Assembly: GCA_020348305.1 (NCBI GenBank)
Contig: CP070746.1
Location: forward strand, 4,345,742-4,409,741
Source of the DNA: Desulfobacterales bacterium
GTDB lineage: Bacteria; Desulfobacterota; Desulfobacteria; Desulfobacterales; JAHEIW01
DNA length: 64,000 nt
Direction of reading: 5' to 3'
A program made the position numbers and the translations under genes. Below the pieces are notes generated by a model, which had not been told where the DNA came from, did no database searches, and saw only the letters and a program-made list of their open reading frames with translations. Positions 57,517 to 64,000 of the stretch are shown one piece after another. The stretch's first letter is position 1; the number at the start of each line of letters is the position of its first letter.

Positions 57517-57545
57517 AATATAAAATAAAATCGAAAAATTGTCAA
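57517..57545 (-). promoter_or_regulatory. putative sigma70 promoter TTGACA-17-TATATT abutting the GspB-like stop codon
   Basis: The minus strand reads TAA-TTGACA-atttttcgattttattt-TATATT. The -35 box is at 57540-45 and the -10 box at 57517-22. Confidence 0.45.
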
Positions 57546-58391
57546 TTATTGCTTTAAACTGAATTCCAGCCGCCAAGAGTTCGTTCCATCGTTTACGACC
57601 ACATCTTCCTGGCGGATTTCGGTTATGGAATACCCATCGACTGTCTCTCCCTCATGGACAATGCGATTGTTGATTACCGCCAGTCGCTGGGAGGAATCAT
57701 TAGACCATGCGATGGCTTGCAATAATAACTGGGAATCGGTGATCCGAGGCAAAGAGGCCTGGCTATTTTGGGCATCAGATTCTTTTCTTTTTTGGGCGAA
57801 AGATCTTGAAGGTTTTAATGGAACTTTTGGTGAAACGGTTAAGCCGGGATGCTGATTTGGTTGTTTTGCTATTTTTCGATTCGCTAGTGGGCTGGCCTTT
57901 TTTGAGGTCGAGGAATTTACAGATCCTTTCAGGGGACTTGACTGGTTTAAAGATTTTTGGCCGGGCAATGATCGCTGCGAACTGATTTTCATCGACTTTT
58001 TTTGAAAAGACGGCTTGCCGTATGGTTTACCGGGTAGGGGTGAACTTCTTTGAGGGGCTGCATCTGATTTCGGTGGCGCTTTTTTTATTTTAGCATCGTT
58101 AACGTGCTTTTTTTGTTTTGATGATATGCTTTGTTGGTGGGAGACGGAAGTGGGTTTGCTGGGAAAAAGTTTGGCAATGATTGCATGACGGTGGCTAATG
58201 GCAAGCCATCCGATCACCAACATTATTATAATGACACCACCGGTGGATAACAGTTTATTGTATAGCCACGTTTTTTTAATCCGCGAATTGACGGCTTTTT
58301 TCTTATTTATTGGTCTTGGCCAAGGGGGGGCGTCTTCCTGCCGCGGAGCGATTTTTTCAATCTTTTTTAAGGCCCTTAATATTGAACTCAA
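57546..58391 (-). CDS. GspB/ExeB-like protein (N-terminal MSSILRALKKIE motif, TM, Ser/Pro/Lys-rich linker, conserved C-terminal domain)
   Basis: 281 aa with a TTG start and GAGGAA upstream. The N-terminus is typical of GspB-family partners of ExeA. C-terminal LQAIAWSNDSSQRLAVINNRIVHEGETVDGYSITEIRQEDVVV. Confidence 0.6.
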   Translation of the reverse strand: MSSILRALKKIEKIAPRQEDAPPWPRPINKKKAVNSRIKKTWLYNKLLSTGGVIIIMLVIGWLAISHRHAIIAKLFPSKPTSVSHQQSISSKQKKHVNDAKIKKAPPKSDAAPQRSSPLPGKPYGKPSFQKKSMKISSQRSLPGQKSLNQSSPLKGSVNSSTSKKASPLANRKIAKQPNQHPGLTVSPKVPLKPSRSFAQKRKESDAQNSQASLPRITDSQLLLQAIAWSNDSSQRLAVINNRIVHEGETVDGYSITEIRQEDVVVNDGTNSWRLEFSLKQ

Positions 58392-58496
58392 AATTCAAAA
58401 TTCCTCTTCACGGTATTACCCGCAGGGATCATCCAAATCGTTTGGATCGCGTCACTTGCCTGTCAGGCGTTCATGCGTATCTGGTGCAACATTGAA

Positions 58497-60221
58497 TTAT
58501 TGTCTGATCACCTGGGGCATTTCGAAAGACTTCTTTTCTCGGTAAAGAATGATCTTGGTTAAAGGACCTACAAATCCGTCGACTGGAACACCATATTTGG
58601 CTTGAATGTTTTCGATTGCCGTCTGGGTTGCGTCATCATAGTCAGCATTGATTTCAAAATTTGTAAATCCAATATCCTGCAGTAACAGTTTCAACGTGAT
58701 AACGGAATCTTTATACGAATGTGTCGGTATGGTACCCAAAATCGAAAGAAAGTTTTTCCAGGGTATATAGGCCACTCCCGTCCAGTAGAATTCTATTTCA
58801 TTCAGATCCGTTACCACAAGGGAGTCCTCCCCCGCTCCGCCCAACTCAACATGATTACCTTCAATTTTGCTCAACGTGAGATAGCCCGGAGACGGACTGC
58901 CTGGTGGATAAAACTCAAGGATGGCGGGCAAATTCAGGCTCATTAACAAGTTCATATCCGATTCGACCCGATGGATTGTAAGTCCCCTCGGATTGGCCGA
59001 AAGTTGGAAAAAGGATTGATCATCGTCAATACTTACGAGATAGGATATGTCATCAATGTTTACATTCCAAAGATCCATTGCAAATTTGAAAGCAAAATAT
59101 CTGGAGGCTTGTACATTCATATTTTTCAGATAATCTGCCAGCTCAACAGTGGTTATCTGTGTCAATGGATTTTTTGAGACCGAAGCTTCAAGGGGTTTGG
59201 AAAAGCTTTGAATTTTAGGTGATGTGTTTGCGGTTTGGATTTCCGATTCCAATGATTGAATGATTTCAGTTTTCTGGGGACCCCCTGATTTGAGAAGCTT
59301 GTGAATTCTATTCATCAGCGGTTGGTGATAGATCGCTACCAACAGGGCAACGGCCAAAAGAGATATCAGCACAAGTCCTTTTCTCCCATCGGCGAACCCA
59401 TAGTTTCGGGTCCTACCGGGGCCGGATAATTCCCGGATAGATGCCTTTAAAATATTGCCTGTGATTTTATGCTGATTCAGCACAAAACCGGTCAGAAGCG
59501 CACGGTCGCAGACTATATTAATCAAGCGCGGAATTCCTTTGGAATATTTGAAAATGTGGTAATACGCCAGTTGATCAAATTTGATCCCCTTTCGCTGGGC
59601 CGCAATATTAATGCGGTATTGAATATATTCTTTAGTCTCCCTGAAGCTCAAGGGTGTCAGATGATAACTTAATGTAATGCGTTGACCGATCTGCCTGAGT
59701 TCATAAGAATCCAGCATCTCTGCCAGTTCGGGCTGGCCGACGAGAATAATCTGCAGAAGTTTATCTTTGTTGGTTTCCAGGTTTGAAAGTAGTCTGAGTT
59801 GCTCAAGGACATTTTGGGAAAGGTTTTGCGCCTCATCAATCAGCAGGATAACTTTATTGCCCTTGGCCCTGTTTCGCATCAAAAATGTGTTCAGGGTATC
59901 AATGAGCTCTTTGGTCGTTTCACTGTCGGATTTGATGCCGAATTCATCGTTGATGCTCATCAACAATTGTTTCGGCCCTAATTTGGGATTAAAAATATAG
60001 GCGGCTTTTGTCCTGCTATTCAGGCTCTCAAGAAATGTCCGGCACAAAGTGGTTTTGCCTGTTCCCACCTCACCGGTAATTTGGACGAAACCGTCTCCTT
60101 GAGAAATCGCATAGTTCAAATGTGCGAGGGCCTCTTCGTGGCATTTGCTTAAGAAGAAATACTCAGGGTTTGGAACCAGTTTGAAGGGCTTTTCTTTAAA
60201 TCCAAAGAAATTATTATACAT
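58497..60221 (-). CDS. exeA: ExeA/GspA-family AAA ATPase with TM and C-terminal peptidoglycan-binding domain
   Basis: 574 aa; FGFKEKPFKLVPNPEYFF, Walker A GEVGTGKTTLCR, Walker B LLIDEAQNL, a TM helix, and C-terminal QTAIENIQAKYGVPVDGFVGPLT (PG-binding repeat). Confidence 0.8.
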   Translation of the reverse strand: MYNNFFGFKEKPFKLVPNPEYFFLSKCHEEALAHLNYAISQGDGFVQITGEVGTGKTTLCRTFLESLNSRTKAAYIFNPKLGPKQLLMSINDEFGIKSDSETTKELIDTLNTFLMRNRAKGNKVILLIDEAQNLSQNVLEQLRLLSNLETNKDKLLQIILVGQPELAEMLDSYELRQIGQRITLSYHLTPLSFRETKEYIQYRINIAAQRKGIKFDQLAYYHIFKYSKGIPRLINIVCDRALLTGFVLNQHKITGNILKASIRELSGPGRTRNYGFADGRKGLVLISLLAVALLVAIYHQPLMNRIHKLLKSGGPQKTEIIQSLESEIQTANTSPKIQSFSKPLEASVSKNPLTQITTVELADYLKNMNVQASRYFAFKFAMDLWNVNIDDISYLVSIDDDQSFFQLSANPRGLTIHRVESDMNLLMSLNLPAILEFYPPGSPSPGYLTLSKIEGNHVELGGAGEDSLVVTDLNEIEFYWTGVAYIPWKNFLSILGTIPTHSYKDSVITLKLLLQDIGFTNFEINADYDDATQTAIENIQAKYGVPVDGFVGPLTKIILYREKKSFEMPQVIRQ

Positions 60222-60685
60222 CAGATAAATCCTTGACCGGGCACTATGTTCATCATGGCATACGCCAATTCATACACCCGTCTCTCCCGATTAATTTTAG
60301 CGGCATTGTTAAAAACCAGCGCTGAATCTTTTTAATGATGTCTTTCGGGGTTATATGGATATCGCAATCGGATCAAGAAAGCCTGGCTAATCGAAGAAGT
60401 CTTGAATGATCTATGACGAATATTTAATACGCCTTAAACAGTCCTTTTGCAAATAAAATCTTAATTATCTAATAACATTCTAAAAAATTAGAAGTTACGT
60501 GTCAAGGGATGAATGCCCTCAACGACTTGATAGGGCTTGAAAAATTACATATGTCCTGTAAACAAAAGAGCGGGGGTCTTTATTAGATCTCGGCAGATAA
60601 TTTGTCGCCAACGTTGGCAAATATCGGTCTACCCCGCCGGTTGTTCACATCCAGTATGGACGATTATTCGCTCATTTAGAAATAG

Positions 60686-61777
60686 TTACTGGTTGTCCAA
60701 GTAATGGGTTAAACTGCTATATCTTTCGGTTTTGGATTTTTGAGACACGCGCAGGCATTCTGCATAAAATTGCTTTAAATTACCGTCTTTTTTTTGCATC
60801 ATTTTGCGAAACGCCGGAACGAAATCCTGATAGGTTAACACGCTGACCAATTTTGCATTATTTAGCTCCTGGCGAAACCAGGAATCATAACGTGATGCCC
60901 CATTCCATTCGTTTTTTAACGTCTCATAATCCCGTTTTAACTGGTTAAATAGTACTACTTTTTGCCCCTTTTTTTCTGGTGTTTGTAGATTGCTTTGGTA
61001 AAGGGATTCAAGCTGGCGACGGTAGTTCATGATCAGATCGACAAACTGGCGATGTCGTTGGTATTTAACTATGAAAAGATTATAGGTCTCAGGATCGCCC
61101 TTGGTAATCAGCCAGCGCCGCATGCCTTCCTGTTCGACAGCAGTCGCAAAGCTTTCATTAAACGCCGTATCATCTGGTATATAGAGAATTTGGTGGGCGA
61201 GTTCATGGAAAATTAAAGATGCCGATTCAGTCTCGGATAGATACATGATCGTGCTTAATACGGGATCGTCGAACCAACCCAAGGTGGAATATGCGATGGC
61301 GCCGCCGACATAGACGTCATAATTTCTTTTTTTTAAGCCGTTGGCATATCGATGTGCCGCTTCTTCTGAAAAATAACCCCGGTATGCGACACATCCTACG
61401 ACCGGATAACACCAGGTTTTTGGAGTCAGTGAGAATTCCGGCGCTGCAAATACATTCCATACCACATAAGGGCGGTTAAGATCTACATAGCTCAGATAAT
61501 GATTTTCGACCGGAAGATGAAGTTTGTTTTGGGCAAATTCACGTATTTCAAGCACCAACGACAAGCGGTTTTTAAGATTTTCGGGCGTCAGGGGATCATC
61601 AAGCAGTTCTGAAATAGGTTGTCTATTCATCATAATGTTTAATTGCCCATCAATCGCTTGACTGTAATAAGAAACAGACTGGCAACCGCAAAGAACTAAC
61701 ACAAAATATAAATTCAATAATAAAACTCGATTTCTCATTGGCGTCTCCGTGTTGCCTGAATTAGAGGTGATGGACAT
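60686..61777 (-). CDS. putative zinc aminopeptidase lipoprotein (DUF2265-like)
   Basis: 363 aa; lipobox VLVLCGC and HExxH (FHELAHQ). The overall pattern matches the predicted aminopeptidase family as I remember it. Confidence 0.6.
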   Translation of the reverse strand: MSITSNSGNTETPMRNRVLLLNLYFVLVLCGCQSVSYYSQAIDGQLNIMMNRQPISELLDDPLTPENLKNRLSLVLEIREFAQNKLHLPVENHYLSYVDLNRPYVVWNVFAAPEFSLTPKTWCYPVVGCVAYRGYFSEEAAHRYANGLKKRNYDVYVGGAIAYSTLGWFDDPVLSTIMYLSETESASLIFHELAHQILYIPDDTAFNESFATAVEQEGMRRWLITKGDPETYNLFIVKYQRHRQFVDLIMNYRRQLESLYQSNLQTPEKKGQKVVLFNQLKRDYETLKNEWNGASRYDSWFRQELNNAKLVSVLTYQDFVPAFRKMMQKKDGNLKQFYAECLRVSQKSKTERYSSLTHYLDNQ

Positions 61778-62075
61778 CCAAGGGCGGGTCTCCCTAAAAC
61801 CGTAACATTAACTAGATTTTTTAACCTGTCAATTCCTATCCTAATCGTTTGAATTTATCTATTGCAAGTTTGAATTAAACTAGTGTATGGTGCTTATATT
61901 TTTAAAATATTATCTTGTATTTTAGCGTTTGCCCGTCAAGTTTTACAAGATATCACAACCATTTAATTGTCATTTTCTTCAGATCAAAACGATTTTCTCA
62001 ATTAAGATAAGTAGTTATTTGTTTTTTGGAATCATCTATTCGAATGCATCGATCACCGTCTGAAGCCAGCCAAAT

Positions 62076-62741
62076 ATGAAAATCGCTAATCCGACTGATC
62101 ATGAATCTCTGGTTATCCGTATTAAAAAGATTGCCAAAACCTATTTTGGCGGGGCCCGTGGGAGTCACGATTGGGAGCATACATTGCGGGTCTGTCGGTT
62201 ATGTGAACGTATTGGTCCGGTTGAGGGTGCGGATATGCAGGTATTGCTCATCGCCGCCTATTTACATGATATTGGTCGAACTGATCAGGATACCTCCAAC
62301 GGTGCCATCTGCCATGGCGAAAAAGGGGCTCGCATGGCTGAGCCGATCGTCGATCAACTGCCCCTTTCTGATACCCAAAAACAAAACATTCTGCATTGCA
62401 TAAAATCCCACCGCTTTCGGAGTAATGGGGAGCCGAAAACACCGGAGGCCAGGGTATTGTTTGATGCAGACAAGCTTGATGCCATTGGGGCAGTCGGTGT
62501 GGCCAGAGCTTATCTTTTTGCCGGTGAGATCGGCGCTTGTCTTCATAATCCCGATATAGACGTCGAAAAGGCGATACCTTACTCAAAGGATGATACCGGT
62601 TTCAGAGAATTTAAGGTGAAGCTTTGCAAAATTAATGATCGGATATTGACACGGGAGGGCCGCAAACTGGCCCGCGAACGGCACGCATTTATGGAGCACT
62701 TTTTTAACCGTTTTTTAGAAGAGTATGAAGGAAAGAGGTAG
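62076..62741 (+). CDS. HD-domain metal-dependent phosphohydrolase
   Basis: 221 aa; HDWEHTLRV ... AAYLHDIGR ... DADKLDAIG. Confidence 0.8.
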   Translation: MKIANPTDHESLVIRIKKIAKTYFGGARGSHDWEHTLRVCRLCERIGPVEGADMQVLLIAAYLHDIGRTDQDTSNGAICHGEKGARMAEPIVDQLPLSDTQKQNILHCIKSHRFRSNGEPKTPEARVLFDADKLDAIGAVGVARAYLFAGEIGACLHNPDIDVEKAIPYSKDDTGFREFKVKLCKINDRILTREGRKLARERHAFMEHFFNRFLEEYEGKR

Positions 62742-62746
62742 GTATT

Positions 62747-63424
62747 ATGAGTATCAACATTGTGGAAAAGATAGACGGTCTAGTAAAAGTTCGACATGTC
62801 CTTGTGAGCGTTTCGGATAAAAGGGGGCTGGATACGTTTATCCCCGAGCTAGTGGGTCTTAACCCCGAAATTAAACTTTTTTCTACCGGAGGTACCTTCA
62901 ACGCCATCCATGAGATCCTCGGTGAATCCGCCGCTCAACATTTAACCCAGGTATCAGATTTCACCGGTCAACCCGAGACCCAGGGAGGTTTGGTAAAAAC
63001 ACTTGATTTTAAAATTTATCTTGGGCTTCTTACCGAGACCTATAACGATGCCCACCAAGCAGACCTGAAAAGGACCAACAGTGTGCCGATCGACATGGTG
63101 GTTGTCAATCTGTATCCGTTTAAAGAGACCATTTCACAGCCGGATGTCACGGTTGAAAACGCCAGAGGCAACATTGATATTGGTGGTCCGTGTATGATCA
63201 GAGCCTCAGCCAAAAATTTTATCCGGGTAGCCTCGGTGGTTGATCCGACTGACTATGAAAAAATTATTACTGAGTTAAAGCAACACAACGGGGCTATTTC
63301 TTTGGACCTACGTTTCCATTTGGCCCAAAAGGCCTTCGAGCATACCGCTATATATGATCGAACCATTGCAGACTTTTTGATGTCTAAATCATCCGAAGAT
63401 GCAAAAAGCTGTTATAATTTTTAG
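62747..63424 (+). CDS. purH: stand-alone IMP cyclohydrolase (MGS-like N-terminal domain of PurH)
   Basis: 225 aa; VLVSVSDKRGLDTFIPEL...LFSTGGTFNAI...TQGGLVKTLDFKIYLGLL...IDMVVVNLYPF. Confidence 0.8.
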   Translation: MSINIVEKIDGLVKVRHVLVSVSDKRGLDTFIPELVGLNPEIKLFSTGGTFNAIHEILGESAAQHLTQVSDFTGQPETQGGLVKTLDFKIYLGLLTETYNDAHQADLKRTNSVPIDMVVVNLYPFKETISQPDVTVENARGNIDIGGPCMIRASAKNFIRVASVVDPTDYEKIITELKQHNGAISLDLRFHLAQKAFEHTAIYDRTIADFLMSKSSEDAKSCYNF

Positions 63425-63463
63425 ACTTTTAATATGTTTGGAAACCACAGAAGGAGATAAACC

Positions 63464-64000
63464 ATGGCCGAAGATTTAAAAAAAATGTACCGCACCATCA
63501 TGGATGACCATTTTCCACCGCAAATGGAGATCAGCTTTGTTGACGGTGATACGCGTCAGACGCTTTTTTATGAAAAGGTGGTTTGGACGATTGACAACGT
63601 CCTGAAAGGCCTGCGGTATGGTGAAAATCCGGGTCAGGAAGCCGCCCTTTACCGATTGGTGAATGGAAATCTAGTCCTGGGGGAGACCGAAACCATCCAG
63701 CCGGGTCAGTATTTGGTCTCGGATGTCGAATTATTGCAATCCGGCAAGCATCCGGGAAAGACCAATTTGACGGATGCCGACAATTCACTCAATATTTTGC
63801 GATATTTTACGGATAGGCCATCAGTGGTTATTGTTAAGCACAATAATCCGTGTGGTGTTGCGCGTTCTGATACATTGGTGGATGCCTATGTTAAAGCCAA
63901 CATGGCGGACCGAGTGGCGGCATTTGGCGGCTGTATTGCCGTTAACCGTTCGGTGGACAAGGACACGGCCGAAGCGATTACCCAACAATACGCCGAGGTG
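63464..64000 (+). CDS. purH: stand-alone AICAR formyltransferase domain of PurH (partial, runs off window)
   Basis: The ATG at 63464 is preceded by AAGGAG. LRYGENPGQEAALY, SDVELLQSGKHPGKTNLTDADNSLNIL, IVKHNNPCGVA. The frame stays open to base 64000. Confidence 0.8.
   Translation, partial: MAEDLKKMYRTIMDDHFPPQMEISFVDGDTRQTLFYEKVVWTIDNVLKGLRYGENPGQEAALYRLVNGNLVLGETETIQPGQYLVSDVELLQSGKHPGKTNLTDADNSLNILRYFTDRPSVVIVKHNNPCGVARSDTLVDAYVKANMADRVAAFGGCIAVNRSVDKDTAEAITQQYAEV

Noticed and set aside
57300-57576. Minus-strand ORFs of 81 aa and 85 aa covering the kinase leader
   Set aside because: The 81-aa ORF starts with the TTG of the predicted -35 TTGACA box and has no Shine-Dalgarno sequence and low-complexity content. 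The 85-aa ORF overlaps the end of the GspB-like gene. The region is better explained as a structured leader.
1-64000. tRNA, rRNA, tmRNA, SRP RNA, RNase P RNA, transposases, integrases or prophage genes
   Set aside because: I scanned the intergenic regions by eye for T-loop-like GGTTCGAATCC motifs, the SRP GGAAGCAGCC core and similar signatures, and found nothing convincing. No ORF shows DDE, tyrosine-recombinase or serine-recombinase motifs.

Overview
Gene-dense 64-kb chromosomal segment with about 50 CDS. I recognised no rRNA, tRNA, CRISPR array, transposase or integrase. The gene content suggests an anaerobic Desulfobacterota/deltaproteobacterial-type genome, but that is inference only.

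Gene order, left to right:
- A C-terminally truncated Cache-HAMP-PAS hybrid histidine kinase, a STAS protein and an unknown 183-aa protein.
- yihY-like, DUF177/yceD-like and ykgJ-like genes.
- An orphan ParM/StbA-type actin and a 4'-phosphopantetheinyl transferase.
- A long minus-strand housekeeping array: ffh-rpsP-KH-rimM-trmD-SPOUT-rplS-rnhB-yraN-rsmI.
- rlmN, an acetyl-CoA hydrolase/transferase::Pat-like GNAT fusion, and a GDPD.
- A sucrose locus (sugar ABC binding protein and two permeases, SPP, SPS, sucrose synthase).
- A UMF1-type MFS, an orphan SagB-type dehydrogenase, and a 1462-aa double BcrAD/BadFG ATPase fusion.
- A divergent TetR-OMF-MFP-RND efflux operon.
- A tandem CDP-alcohol phosphatidyltransferase, murJ interrupted by an in-frame TAG, fabH and an AsmA/YhdP-like giant.
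- A Zn-ADH, an IscU-like scaffold and a NifS/IscS-like protein lacking the PLP lysine.
- FHA, CHASE2-Ser/Thr kinase, GspB-like and ExeA-like genes; a putative aminopeptidase; an HD hydrolase; and a split purH.

Most unusual signal: a family of short-period repeats, with a strict 7-nt phase and one 9-nt case. They are built as hairpins from a conserved core and its complement (CAG/CTG, TTA/TAA, GGAAT/ATTCC, CACAGAG/CTCTGTG).
- They fill three consecutive junctions of the trmD-rplS operon.
- One sits in-frame inside a receiver domain.
- Others overlap the 5' or 3' ends of other CDS.

Secondary leads: the lysine-less desulfurase homologue, the murJ amber, the tandem CDP-alcohol transferase, the giant activase fusion, and a terminator-containing leader upstream of the CHASE2 kinase.
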